From positions 416,001 through 480,000 of the forward strand of contig CAWVVV010000001.1 of the NCBI GenBank assembly GCA_963933835.1: a stretch of DNA of 64,000 nucleotides, given 5' to 3'. The DNA is from an uncultured Puniceicoccaceae bacterium (GTDB taxonomy: Bacteria > Verrucomicrobiota > Verrucomicrobiia > Opitutales > Oceanipulchritudinaceae). Positions 18,936 to 28,859 of the stretch are shown here, one piece after another. Under the pieces are notes generated by a model. The model had not been told where the DNA came from. It made no database searches and saw nothing but the letters and a program-made list of their open reading frames with translations. Both the position numbers and the translations under genes were made by a program. Numbering within the stretch: position 1 is the first letter of the stretch; each line of letters starts with the position of its first letter.

Positions 18936-19922
18936 TCAGGCAAAAAGGCGGTTTCTAAAACGAAGTATGGCCGCTCCGAGAAAGAGCTGAATCGGATGAT
19001 AGAAGAGCAAGGGCAGTATCACAGCGCTCTGATCAGTCTCTGTAACTCCTGGAATAAAGATAGCGGCCGCGTAGGGCACACCGACAGCTAGACTCTTTTG
19101 ACTCCCGCAAAAGAACGCAGTCACACGCTCCTCTGGCTTTTGCAGTATCCATCGACTGCTCAGCCATACTAGAAACGATACCCCGATGAGCAGAATCGAG
19201 GCAGCAAGGAAGGCCTGAAAGGCGAATGTGATCCCGACTGTTTCCCACGCCTTGTCACGGAAGCTCATCGCAAAGGCTGCATAGACGATAAAGCAAATGA
19301 TCCCCTGCGTTGTGGGCTTCGCGATTGTTTTGACGGGAGCGATCCACTTTGCAAAGGGGATGCGCGCAACGTGCCCGACAAGAAGCGGGAGAAGGAGCAT
19401 GAGGCAGAGCTTCTGAAAGATCGGCCAGACCGCCGGCATCTCACCACTATGCGTTGTCGCGGTGTACCAAACAACTGCAGCCGGTACGATCAGAACACCC
19501 ATCATGTTCGAAAGGACGGTGTTAAAGACACCTCCAGCAACATCCCCATCGGCCTGACTGATAAGTGCCACAGCTGAAGAGACCGTCGTGGGTAAAACTG
19601 CCAGAAAGAACAATGCAGTGCGCAGATCTGCTGGCAGCAAATTTCCAACAATAGACAAGGCTCCTAAAACACAGAGGGGCACCCCCAGAGAAATCCAACC
19701 CTGAGTAAAAATGTGGAGGCGAGCGTTCGAGAACCCCTTGACTAGACTTTGGCTGGAAAGACCGAAACCCTGAGCGAGGAAGATAATCACTACACCAAGC
19801 TTCGTAAGAACTTCGGTGTGTAAAATGCCGCCTTTAGCACCCCATTCCGATGTCAGCCAGCCGAAGATAACCGCGGCAATGAGGCTCAATACAAAACTAT
19901 TCGCACGCACAAAATTCACCAT
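18936..19922 (-). CDS. Bile acid:sodium symporter family transporter
   Basis: LPTTVSSAV, NTVLSNMMG, FCGSQKSLAVG, PLLFYHPIQL; multiple TM helices. Confidence 0.88.
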   Translation of the reverse strand: MVNFVRANSFVLSLIAAVIFGWLTSEWGAKGGILHTEVLTKLGVVIIFLAQGFGLSSQSLVKGFSNARLHIFTQGWISLGVPLCVLGALSIVGNLLPADLRTALFFLAVLPTTVSSAVALISQADGDVAGGVFNTVLSNMMGVLIVPAAVVWYTATTHSGEMPAVWPIFQKLCLMLLLPLLVGHVARIPFAKWIAPVKTIAKPTTQGIICFIVYAAFAMSFRDKAWETVGITFAFQAFLAASILLIGVSFLVWLSSRWILQKPEERVTAFFCGSQKSLAVGVPYAAAIFIPGVTETDQSAVILPLLFYHPIQLFLGAAILRFRNRLFA

Positions 19923-20004
19923 AGCCCGGCGAGAGAAGAGCATCCAAAATGGTCGCTGGCGAGCACAGGTTTACCCTACGAACCAAAGCCACTATCTAGA
20001 CGCT

Positions 20005-22602
20005 CTAAAATTGATACTTAAAGCTCACGACAGCTTCTGTCTCGGGCGCTTTCGTGATCAGTGTATTCGCACCAAAGTCTGGATCAGCGCCGAGATAGTA
20101 GTCCTCATTAAAGAGGTTCTCTATGCTCAAGTTGATCTCCACTCGCTCAGATCGCCAGCCGAGACGCGCATTGAAGACAAGCGATGAATCGATTTTTAAG
20201 GTGCGGTCATAGTTATGCCAAAAACTACTCCGATAAATGCCGCCACCGGCGATCTGAAATCCCTTCGGAAGATCATACACCGCGTAGAGCTTGAAAGAGC
20301 TTTCAGGTGCCCCCGGCACAATGAGGTCTGGATTATTCGCAAGCAACTGCGCGTCTCCCGAAACAACATCGGAATTATACAAAGCACCGCCTTCCAGTGC
20401 GACGCCGATCTCTTCGTTGTTTGCTCCCGTTGGATCCGCTAATCCCCACGGCATGGCCCGAAAGAATGGAGCTACAAGGCGCTTTGTTTCACGGTCAGAA
20501 TAGGACGCAAGCACTGTCAGTGACTCGCTCACGGCCCAGCTTAGCTCTACTTCAATACCCTCCGAGGTGTAAGGATCTTCTACCCCGCTTTGATTTGAGA
20601 AGGCAGTCTGCTCCCAGCGGTAGGCTGAAAGCGTCGCAAAGCCCCGACCATCGAGGAAGCTATACTTGAACCCTACTTCGCGCAGGCTCCCATCACCAAA
20701 GTTCGCTGCGTTTAAGACCACACCACCATCGCCGGGAACAAAAGTTGTCGTCTCCTGAATCGCTCCATAGAGTGAAAGCTCGGGAGTGAGTTTGATGACC
20801 GGATTCACGCTCCAGTTGGTGTAATCGACTTCATCGGATGCCGTTTCAAAAGGAATATCGGTTGGTCCGCCCGGCGTCTTCACTTCGAAATCCGCTCGCT
20901 CGTGACGCGTCGAAAAGATGATCGAGAACAGATCCTTGTAATCAACCTTCACTACGCCAAAGGCTGCAATCTGAAGTAAATCGGATTCTGCCGCATTTGT
21001 GCCGAGCCCTGCTCCCCCGAAGCCGCCACCCCAATAGTTGTTCTCGAAAAATGAAGGGTCGGCCTGAGCGCCGGTGAGGATAATTGAATTGGGTGAAATC
21101 CCGCTCCGGGTGATGTCACGACGGGCAAAGGGTTCGGTCCAATAGTCTTCCAACTGGATCACATGTGAGAAGCGCGTCTGCACACCGCCGATGATTTCGT
21201 AAGCGATCGCGCCGTCCGTTTCAGACGACAGGACAAAGGAAAGACGATTATCATACACTTCCTGCTCACTCCGAAAGCTGTAGCCGTAAGAAGAACGCTT
21301 ATCTGTGTTTAAGGCCTCAGCAAAAAACTTGTTCTCAATCGTCAGTGTATCTGAAACATCATACGTCAGATCGAAGAAGAAGATCGCATCTTCAGAATCC
21401 GCAAAATCGCTCGGATCGGCCAGCGCAGTGCTGCCATCTATGGGCGCAGTAAAGACGACCCCACCTAGATTGAAGTATTCTGGGGTGTAGAGATAGCCGG
21501 AAGACGTCTGAACAATATTCGGTCCTAGCCCCGCATAGGTGGCCGTCCTCACCTGAGGGTTGCTCATATCCTTCATCGCCGCCACTTGTGCGGCTGAGAG
21601 AGCTCCGGTCGTGATGGCTTCGTTGATGACCGCATCGGGCACGACCAAAGCGCGGAAGTCGGCGTTGTTTTGATTTGTGAGCCAGGAGAAATCATAAACG
21701 ACGCTATCGATCACTCCCCGATCGGCGACCCCGCCGTTGAGCGGGTTGACCAGACTTAAGGGTTCGCCGATAACATAGTCGCCCTTGTCGATGAGGTTCT
21801 GAGTGGGCCGATTCCAACCGGCATTCTCATTCGACTTAAAATCGTAATACTCCCCCCCAGCGAAGAGTCGCAAGCGGTTCGACAGTTTCACCTTCACCGC
21901 CGCATATACTGAGTAGTAATCATTGGATACGTCGTCATAAAAGCTATCCCCATCCTGCGCCGTGACAGAAACACGGAAGGCCGCGGGAACATCCCCAAGA
22001 AGTAAGGGACCGCCCACATCTACTTGGCCCTGATAAGAACCAAAAGAGCCTAGTTCGACTTCGATCGAACCACGGGACTGATCATAGTAGGGCGACTTTG
22101 GAATCATATTGGCAAAGCCTGCGACATGGGTCGCAACATACTGAGCAGGGGCCGGCCCTTTGATGATGTCCATGGCCTCGAGTGAGCCAAAGGAGGTGGG
22201 CATCGCATTCCACTGGTAGGCCCGCAGCATACCGTTGAAGTAGACCCCACCCTGCCAACCACGGATCGTCGGTGCTCCTGCAATACCGAAGAAGTTATAG
22301 CGCTCTGTGCTCGCCCCAATTTTATCGAGATCACTGAAGTCATCTATTCTGAGTTGCTTCAAGAGTGCTGGATTCAAACTTAGAACTGACCTTGGCGTGT
22401 CGAGAACGGCCATATCTTTAAAGAAGGCACCATCAACAGTACGATCCGTGGGAATCAGCGAGTCAGCGTCTTCCGCTGCAATCTCCTCGGAAATAAACGC
22501 TTCTAGTTCCGTTGGCTCCTGAGATTGAGCAGTTAAAAGTGCAGGCAGAAACCAGTACAGGGGGGCGCATTTGAGTTTTAGACTCCTAAGAGGTTTTCTC
22601 AT
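20005..22602 (-). CDS. TonB-dependent receptor
   Basis: Signal peptide, plug (DTPRSV..IRG..IIKGP), beta-barrel, NLFNEDYY, terminal YQF. Confidence 0.92.
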   Translation of the reverse strand: MRKPLRSLKLKCAPLYWFLPALLTAQSQEPTELEAFISEEIAAEDADSLIPTDRTVDGAFFKDMAVLDTPRSVLSLNPALLKQLRIDDFSDLDKIGASTERYNFFGIAGAPTIRGWQGGVYFNGMLRAYQWNAMPTSFGSLEAMDIIKGPAPAQYVATHVAGFANMIPKSPYYDQSRGSIEVELGSFGSYQGQVDVGGPLLLGDVPAAFRVSVTAQDGDSFYDDVSNDYYSVYAAVKVKLSNRLRLFAGGEYYDFKSNENAGWNRPTQNLIDKGDYVIGEPLSLVNPLNGGVADRGVIDSVVYDFSWLTNQNNADFRALVVPDAVINEAITTGALSAAQVAAMKDMSNPQVRTATYAGLGPNIVQTSSGYLYTPEYFNLGGVVFTAPIDGSTALADPSDFADSEDAIFFFDLTYDVSDTLTIENKFFAEALNTDKRSSYGYSFRSEQEVYDNRLSFVLSSETDGAIAYEIIGGVQTRFSHVIQLEDYWTEPFARRDITRSGISPNSIILTGAQADPSFFENNYWGGGFGGAGLGTNAAESDLLQIAAFGVVKVDYKDLFSIIFSTRHERADFEVKTPGGPTDIPFETASDEVDYTNWSVNPVIKLTPELSLYGAIQETTTFVPGDGGVVLNAANFGDGSLREVGFKYSFLDGRGFATLSAYRWEQTAFSNQSGVEDPYTSEGIEVELSWAVSESLTVLASYSDRETKRLVAPFFRAMPWGLADPTGANNEEIGVALEGGALYNSDVVSGDAQLLANNPDLIVPGAPESSFKLYAVYDLPKGFQIAGGGIYRSSFWHNYDRTLKIDSSLVFNARLGWRSERVEINLSIENLFNEDYYLGADPDFGANTLITKAPETEAVVSFKYQF

Positions 22603-22633
22603 AATCACCGCAATACGTAGCGAACGAAGCGGG

Positions 22634-22649
22634 TGCAATGAAAATGCCT
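22634..22649 (-). promoter_or_regulatory. Putative sigma-54 promoter of the TonB-dependent receptor
   Basis: Minus strand AGGCATTTTCATTGCA fits GG-N10-GC. Confidence 0.55.
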
Positions 22650-22696
22650 TTCCTAGCAATTCATCCGTTCGCCAGAAAAGCTAATAACTTAGCGCT

Positions 22697-22860
22697 ATGC
22701 ATCACTCACTCGACAACTCCACTCCCGTAAATCGCTGGGACAACAGCGACCCACCATGCTTGACGATCGACCCCGGCGACCGGCTTACCCTTGAAATGCA
22801 CGACGCGAGCGGAGGCTAAGTGAATCCTGGGATGGACGGCGCACTTTTCACAAGCTTGCT
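22697..22860 (+). pseudogene. Acetamidase/formamidase N-terminal relic
   Basis: MHHSLD..RWDNSDPPCLTIDPGDRLTLEMHDASGG*VNPG; in-frame TAA at 22817 where Gln is usual. Confidence 0.6.
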
Positions 22861-22892
22861 TAGAAATGGGCAGATCAGCATAAGCAAACCCG

Positions 22893-23127
22893 TGTATCCT
22901 CTTAGCCCCATTGTATATCGACTTACCGGAAGCGTCTTCGTCTCTCTGCTCGTAGCTTCCAGTCTCTTAGCAGATGCGCCGCGCGACATCGGTCCAGACT
23001 ACCCTACATCTGGGCACATCGAACGCCTCGATCCGTGCCTCGATGCACTGTTCTCTACATGACCGCCAACCATAGCCTCCGCCGCATTGAGCTGCTACCA
23101 TACGAGGCTGAAGCCACAGGTCATTGA
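22893..23127 (+). pseudogene. Internally deleted SMP-30/gluconolactonase-like gene
   Basis: Signal peptide plus GHIERLDPCLDAL joined out of frame to C-terminal-like LYMTANHSLRRIEL. Confidence 0.55.
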
Positions 23128-23205
23128 TCACCGAGCAGAAAGCTCTCCAACTGACATCACCTTCGACTTGCTTTACAGCCCATTTTTATTTCCCCTCCTC
23201 TTGAG

Positions 23206-23466
23206 ATGAAAAGCGCCTCCAACTCATCGCAGCCCGAAGCAAAGGCCGCCCGATCCAAGGCGCTCGAATGGGTCTGCGAGAACGTGATCCCCAATTGCGA
23301 CAAGGCAATCGCTCTGGTTGAAAAAGGCATCGAGGAGCCCCTTACGAGCGGAAACAAGCTATCGCTCAAGTACCACAAGCGCCTCTGCCCTTTCTGCGGC
23401 TGTAACGAGGGGAAGTTCACCTCACTGCTTGAGCGCTACAAAGCGGTCGATGCAGAGCGGGGGTAA
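23206..23466 (+). CDS. Small zf-HC2 (anti-sigma-like) protein
   Basis: C...LKYHKRLCPFC, an HxxxCxxC motif. Confidence 0.6.
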   Translation: MKSASNSSQPEAKAARSKALEWVCENVIPNCDKAIALVEKGIEEPLTSGNKLSLKYHKRLCPFCGCNEGKFTSLLERYKAVDAERG

Positions 23467-23491
23467 CCCAATTCTTCCTAGGGCCCTAGGT

Positions 23492-23529
23492 AAAAAAAAG
23501 CCCCACCGCTCAAAGAGCAGTAGGGCTTT
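23492..23529 (-). terminator. Terminator after amtB-glnK
   Basis: AAAGCCC.AC.GCTC-aaa-GAGC.GT.GGGCTTT hairpin with A8 run. Confidence 0.7.
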
Positions 23530-23564
23530 GCAGGAAAAATCCTGTTATCGAAGCTGAGAGCGAA

Positions 23565-23921
<357 letters not shown>

Positions 23922-23956
23922 TTAGGATTCCAATTAATGGATACGCAAGTTTCGAG

Positions 23957-25345
23957 TTACCCGTTTGTAGAGGTTTGGAAGTCTGGGTAGGCTTCCTGCC
24001 CATGTTCGCCAATATCGAGGCCGCCGAACTCTTCTTCTTCAGAGACTCGGATGCCAAGAACCATCTTAATGATAAAGAAGATGATGAATGACGAAACGAA
24101 GGCAAAGGCGGAGATCGAAACCGTTCCGATTGCCTGCGAGAGGAGTGAACCGCCACCGAAGATACCAACGGCCAACGTTCCCCAGATACCACAAACACCG
24201 TGAACGGAGATCGCGCCGACCGGATCATCAATCTTGATTTTGTCAAAGAAGATGATCGCAGCTACGACAAGGACGCCAGCGATCGCACCGACAAGAACAG
24301 CGCTCCATGGGCCCATGCTGTCAGCACCCGCCGTAATGCCTACCAGACCAGCGAGGATGCCATTGAGAGACATCGAGAGGTCAGGCTTCTTCAGAACGAT
24401 CCAAGAAGTGCACATCGTGGCGAGTCCACCGGCAGCTGCTGCCATCCCAGTAGTGACAAAGACGAGAGAGACCAGTGCTGGGTCAGCACTAAGAACCGAA
24501 CCGCCGTTAAACCCAAACCAGCCGAGGAAGAGAAGGAAAACACCGATCGTTGCCAAAGGCATACTGTGACCGAGGATCGGCTTCACTCTACCACCTGGGA
24601 GATACTTCCCTTTTCTTGGCCCAAGCAGGATGACCGCAGCGAGGGCAGCAAAACCACCGAAGGCGTGGACAAGAGAGGATCCAGCAAAGTCGACGAAAGG
24701 TGTTTCTAGTTTATTCAACCAACCAGAGTCACCGCCCCATTCCCAAGAACCCGTGATTGGGTAGGCAAACATCACGAGGAGGGTCGCTCCAATCATGAAC
24801 GAACCGAGCTTGATCCGCTCAGCAACCGCACCGGAAACGATCGTCGCGGCTGTAGCCGCGAACATCGCTTGGAAGATAAAATCGGACCAAGCAGTGTAGT
24901 CAGCGTAGGCCGATGTCATGTTGCCGGTAAAATCACCGAAATCTGTCGCGTTCGGAATCATGCTGCCGGCAGCAAAGAAGCCATTGAATTCACCGGGATA
25001 CATCGCATTAAAGCCCCACAGTGCATAGGTCAGGGGGCCCATGCAGATCACGAAAACATTCTTAAAGAGAACATTGACCGTATTCTTTGAGCGAGTGAGA
25101 CCGGACTCAACCGTGGCGAAACCAAGGTGCATAATGAACACCAGCGCTGCCGCGATCAAGATCCAGAGGTTATCGACGATGAACTTAGCATCGGCCCCAG
25201 AAATAACTGGAGCGGCTTCTTCAACCGCTTCGGTTACAGCTTCGACGATTTCTACCGCGTCCTGTCCTTGGACAATACTCGGAATACTCAGGAGGAGCCC
25301 GAGACTAAGCCACTTCCACAATTTATGCCGTATCAGTTTCTTCAT
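23957..25345 (-). CDS. amtB: Ammonium transporter
   Basis: FQAMFA, SGAVAER, DFAGSSLVH, GWFGFNGGS, DDPVGAISVH. Confidence 0.96.
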   Translation of the reverse strand: MKKLIRHKLWKWLSLGLLLSIPSIVQGQDAVEIVEAVTEAVEEAAPVISGADAKFIVDNLWILIAAALVFIMHLGFATVESGLTRSKNTVNVLFKNVFVICMGPLTYALWGFNAMYPGEFNGFFAAGSMIPNATDFGDFTGNMTSAYADYTAWSDFIFQAMFAATAATIVSGAVAERIKLGSFMIGATLLVMFAYPITGSWEWGGDSGWLNKLETPFVDFAGSSLVHAFGGFAALAAVILLGPRKGKYLPGGRVKPILGHSMPLATIGVFLLFLGWFGFNGGSVLSADPALVSLVFVTTGMAAAAGGLATMCTSWIVLKKPDLSMSLNGILAGLVGITAGADSMGPWSAVLVGAIAGVLVVAAIIFFDKIKIDDPVGAISVHGVCGIWGTLAVGIFGGGSLLSQAIGTVSISAFAFVSSFIIFFIIKMVLGIRVSEEEEFGGLDIGEHGQEAYPDFQTSTNG

Positions 25346-25405
25346 AATAGCGTTTTCTAATTTTTATTGGTGAGGTTGAAATTCAGACACCTAGACGGAC
25401 CATTC

Positions 25406-25422
25406 AGCATTCAATATGCCAA
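25406..25422 (-). promoter_or_regulatory. Sigma-54 promoter of amtB-glnK
   Basis: Minus strand TTGGCATATTGAATGCT fits TGG-N10-GC, about 60 bp upstream of the start. Confidence 0.7.
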
Positions 25423-25579
25423 CCCGTAGAATAGTCCTCTGAAGTTAGAAACTCTTCCGTTTTATCGCAGAGTTTTAGAAGCCGTGCAGGATGCCTTTCC
25501 TGATGCCCGTCGCCCGTGGCCCCCTGTTTCAGAGGGATCAGTCGATGCTGACTCGTCCGCGACGAACAATTTTTGCGAC

Positions 25580-25610
25580 AAAAAAGCCCGCCTCCTAATC
25601 GGAGGCGGGC
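25580..25610 (-). terminator. Terminator after aspS
   Basis: GCCCGCCTCC-taatc-GGAGGCGGGC plus A6. Confidence 0.85.
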
Positions 25611-25636
25611 CATGAAAAAACTTATACAGCAGGTGC

Positions 25637-27433
25637 TTAGGAAGCGTCTTCGGGGTCGATCGGCTGAATATGGAGATCGCTAAGCTGCTTCTCGGTCGCT
25701 GGGCCGGGCGCCTCAGACATAAGATCCTGTCCTTTTTGCGTCTTCGGAAAAGCGATCAAATCGCGGATATGCGGGCGCTTGGCCAAAATCGAAACCATCC
25801 GGTCGAAGCCAACTGCGATTCCACCATGCGGAGGGGCTCCATAGGAAAATGCTTTGAGCATGTAGCCAAAGCGCTCTTCTACGACATCCTTGGGAATCTT
25901 GAGGAAATCCTCGAAGACCTTACGCTGGAGCTCCGGCTGGTGAATACGAATCGAGCCGCCGGCGATTTCCCAGCCGTTGAGCACGCAGTCGTAGTGTTGG
26001 CCACGAACGGCTTTCGGATCGGTGTCGAGCAGTGCGGCATCTTCCGGCACCGGCGAGGTGAACGGGTGGTGCGCCGCCACATAGCGACCTTCATCCTCAT
26101 CCATGAGCATGAGCGGGAACTCGATGACCCAGAGAAAGTTATACTGGTCGGACGAAATTTCGAGGCGACCGCGCTGCACGAGGAGCTTGGAAGCATCGAG
26201 ACGAATGCGGCCGAGAATAGCACAAGCGCGCTCCCACTCTGCCGCCGCGAAGAGGACGAGGTCGCCGTTCTCCATCTGCAGTTTTTCCTTCAACGCCGCT
26301 TTTTCTTCTTCGCTGAAGAATTTCAGAATCGGCGATTTCCACTCCCCTTCCGGGGTCACTCGGATGAAGGCAAGTCCCTTAGCACCAAGGCTTTTGGCGG
26401 TGTTTTCGAGATCACGAATCTCGCCTTGGGTCGCATCGCTGAGGCCCTTGGCATTGAATGCCTTGATCACGCCGCCGCTGGCAATGACGCCTGCGAAGAC
26501 CTTGAACGAGCTTGCCTTGAAAACGTCTTCGAGATCAACCAGCTCCATCTCGAAGCGGGTTTCCGGCTTATCCACTCCATAGCGGTTCATCGCGTCATGG
26601 TAGGAAAGGCGCGGGAACGGCGTCGGGAGGTCGACATCGAGGACGTTCTTCCAGATCCGTTTCATCAGACCCTCGATGAGCGCATACATGTCCTCGCGAT
26701 CGATGAAGGAGAGTTCGAGGTCGATCTGGGTAAATTCAGGCTGGCGGTCGGAGCGAAGGTCTTCGTCGCGGAAACAGCGGGCCAACTGGTAGTAGCGCTC
26801 GACCCCAGCGACCATGAGCATCTGCTTGTACTGCTGCGGGCTCTGCGCGAGGGCGTAGAAATCACCCGCATTCATACGACTAGGAACGAGAAATTCGCGG
26901 GCTCCTTCCGGCGTGCTCTTAAAAAGGTAGGGGGTCTCGATTTCGAGGAAGCCTTCTTCATCGAGGAAATCGCGGGTCGCTTTCGCTGCCTTACTCCGGA
27001 GGAGCAAGTTGTTATACATGCTCGGGCGACGGAGGTCGAGGTAGCGGTATTGAAGGCGGAGGTCTTCGTTAACCTTCTGGGCCTTCTCATCTTCGAGCGG
27101 AAAGGGAGGGGTGTCGGAAATGTTGAGAACTTCGAGTTCCGTCACTTGTAGTTCCACCTCACCGGTCGGAAGCTTCTGGTTCGCCTCTTCGTCGCCACGG
27201 GCTGTCACAACGCCCGTCACCGCGATGACAGACTCGGGCTTTAGTTTCCCAAGGGCCTCGGCGTAGGACGTATTCTGAGGATCAAAAACTATCTGGGTAA
27301 GTCCTTCACGATCACGCAGATCGGCAAAGGAGATACCACCGTGATCGCGGATCGAATCAATCCAGCCCATTAAAGTGGCTGTTGTTTCGACGTCGGATTT
27401 GCGCAATGCGCTGCAATGATGGGAGCGTTTCAT
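25637..27433 (-). CDS. aspS: Aspartate--tRNA ligase
   Basis: RDHGG..DLRD, STPEGAREF, QSPQ, CFRDEDLR, GAPPHGG; start at MKRSHH. Confidence 0.97.
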   Translation of the reverse strand: MKRSHHCSALRKSDVETTATLMGWIDSIRDHGGISFADLRDREGLTQIVFDPQNTSYAEALGKLKPESVIAVTGVVTARGDEEANQKLPTGEVELQVTELEVLNISDTPPFPLEDEKAQKVNEDLRLQYRYLDLRRPSMYNNLLLRSKAAKATRDFLDEEGFLEIETPYLFKSTPEGAREFLVPSRMNAGDFYALAQSPQQYKQMLMVAGVERYYQLARCFRDEDLRSDRQPEFTQIDLELSFIDREDMYALIEGLMKRIWKNVLDVDLPTPFPRLSYHDAMNRYGVDKPETRFEMELVDLEDVFKASSFKVFAGVIASGGVIKAFNAKGLSDATQGEIRDLENTAKSLGAKGLAFIRVTPEGEWKSPILKFFSEEEKAALKEKLQMENGDLVLFAAAEWERACAILGRIRLDASKLLVQRGRLEISSDQYNFLWVIEFPLMLMDEDEGRYVAAHHPFTSPVPEDAALLDTDPKAVRGQHYDCVLNGWEIAGGSIRIHQPELQRKVFEDFLKIPKDVVEERFGYMLKAFSYGAPPHGGIAVGFDRMVSILAKRPHIRDLIAFPKTQKGQDLMSEAPGPATEKQLSDLHIQPIDPEDAS

Positions 27434-27537
27434 GGGCCTCAGTGAGGTTTTGAGAAAAACGACGAAGTTGGCACTCCCCCCAAGCGGGGCAAGGGAAAAG
27501 CGGGAAGCAGCCACGCCGAGTAGCGCTATCTTCGGTC

Positions 27538-27572
27538 AAAAAAAGCCCCCGCTCCGAATTCGGAGCGAGGGC
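27538..27572 (-). terminator. Terminator after the 27608 gene
   Basis: GCCC.CGCTCCG-aatt-CGGAGCG.GGGC plus A7. Confidence 0.8.
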
Positions 27573-27607
27573 GCAAAACTTGTGTGCCTATCTTCTGGGC
27601 AACGACT

Positions 27608-28693
27608 CTAGTTTGAAATCCAAGCGGAGTTCTCCAGATCGTAGAACCAACGCAGGCCTTCGCTCTCACTGAGAGGCTGTGGAAAGCGGTAGAACCATGA
27701 ACCGGTCGACGAGCTAAAGACGAATGGATTCGAGGTCGATGAGGTCCAGAGCCAGCCCATTGTCTGATCGAAGTACCAAAGATGATTCTCTCTCTGATCC
27801 TCCATCTCATACCAGAGCCAGCCGATGTCGGAGTGGAAGTTCCAGCCTGAGCTTGGATCGTCATAGAATACACCGAACCAACTGCTTTCCTTCCAGTCGT
27901 CGACGAAGTGGACGAGCTGAATGTCAGCCACCTCAAAGCGAGCGGCGTAGGCAGCGTTGTCGAGGATCTGGTAGCCGCGATCTGCTGGCAAGAGGCTCGA
28001 GAGCCCGACGACGTCGAGGATCAGATCCTCTGGGTCATTCGCGGCCTCATGCAGTGCGTATTCACTCGCACTGCTGCGGAGCAAGCCCAGGAGAATCGCA
28101 CTATCTGACCACTCGAGGAAGTTGTCATTCGGTGGTGACTTGAAGCCCAATGTCGGCGTGATCACCGCACCACTCGGAGTGGAGATGTTACCAACATCCA
28201 AGATGAAGTAGGCAATGAAGGTCTCGCGGGCCAGGGCACGGAAGCGTGAGCGAGCCGTGGTCTGATTTTGAGCATCGATCGCCTCGCCATACTTCCTCAA
28301 CCAGAGATCAGCAATAAAGGCGTCGATCTCAGTTGTCGGAGCAGCGGCATTTGGCAGCGATGCACCATAAGTGGACTCGAAGGTCGGCAAGAGCAGTTCA
28401 ACAATCACTGTCACAGCGCTCGCACGCTCAGCATTGTCGAGCGGCGCAAAGTCCGCCGAGGCTGCCTGTGATACGAGGCGCACGCCTGCTTCTAGTTCCG
28501 AACGCGTCGGCCAAGCCTTCGTTGTCGTCGATCCGTTGCCATCATCCACCTCAACTTGACCGAGGAGGTTGTAAGCAAGGAGCATCGAACCCTCCGCGAG
28601 AAATGCCTTCTCCCGGGGAATCGAACGCGCATTGCGACTTTGAACTGACTCATCTGACGAGACCCGTCCAAGACTCTGTACTTCAATTGACAT
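27608..28693 (-). CDS. Hypothetical protein with Trp-rich C-terminal domain
   Basis: C-term SSWFGVFY..GWNFHSDIGWLW..WYFDQTMGWLWT..PFVFSS..SWFY; start uncertain. Confidence 0.7.
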   Translation of the reverse strand: MSIEVQSLGRVSSDESVQSRNARSIPREKAFLAEGSMLLAYNLLGQVEVDDGNGSTTTKAWPTRSELEAGVRLVSQAASADFAPLDNAERASAVTVIVELLLPTFESTYGASLPNAAAPTTEIDAFIADLWLRKYGEAIDAQNQTTARSRFRALARETFIAYFILDVGNISTPSGAVITPTLGFKSPPNDNFLEWSDSAILLGLLRSSASEYALHEAANDPEDLILDVVGLSSLLPADRGYQILDNAAYAARFEVADIQLVHFVDDWKESSWFGVFYDDPSSGWNFHSDIGWLWYEMEDQRENHLWYFDQTMGWLWTSSTSNPFVFSSSTGSWFYRFPQPLSESEGLRWFYDLENSAWISN

Positions 28694-28859
28694 ACCGAAC
28701 TTACCTGAAATAAAACGGCCCGCCATCGACAGACTTTAGGTTCACTTGAGTGGATTTTTGTTAAAAAAAATCCACATAGATCAGCGTCCTGTCCCTTTTA
28801 CCAAGAAATTACCCGAAGAACCGCTTGCCCCTGTCGTTTGAGCGCCGGATAGTCGAGAG

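Noticed and set aside
23477..23490. Perfect palindrome CCTAGGGCCCTAGG
   Set aside because: Isolated, adjacent to a terminator between convergent genes; no evidence of a separate function
25670..27151. 493-aa plus-strand ORF
   Set aside because: Antisense shadow of aspS caused by codon bias; no recognisable motifs. The same applies to other long antisense ORFs over dnaE, dsbD, the helicase and hipA.
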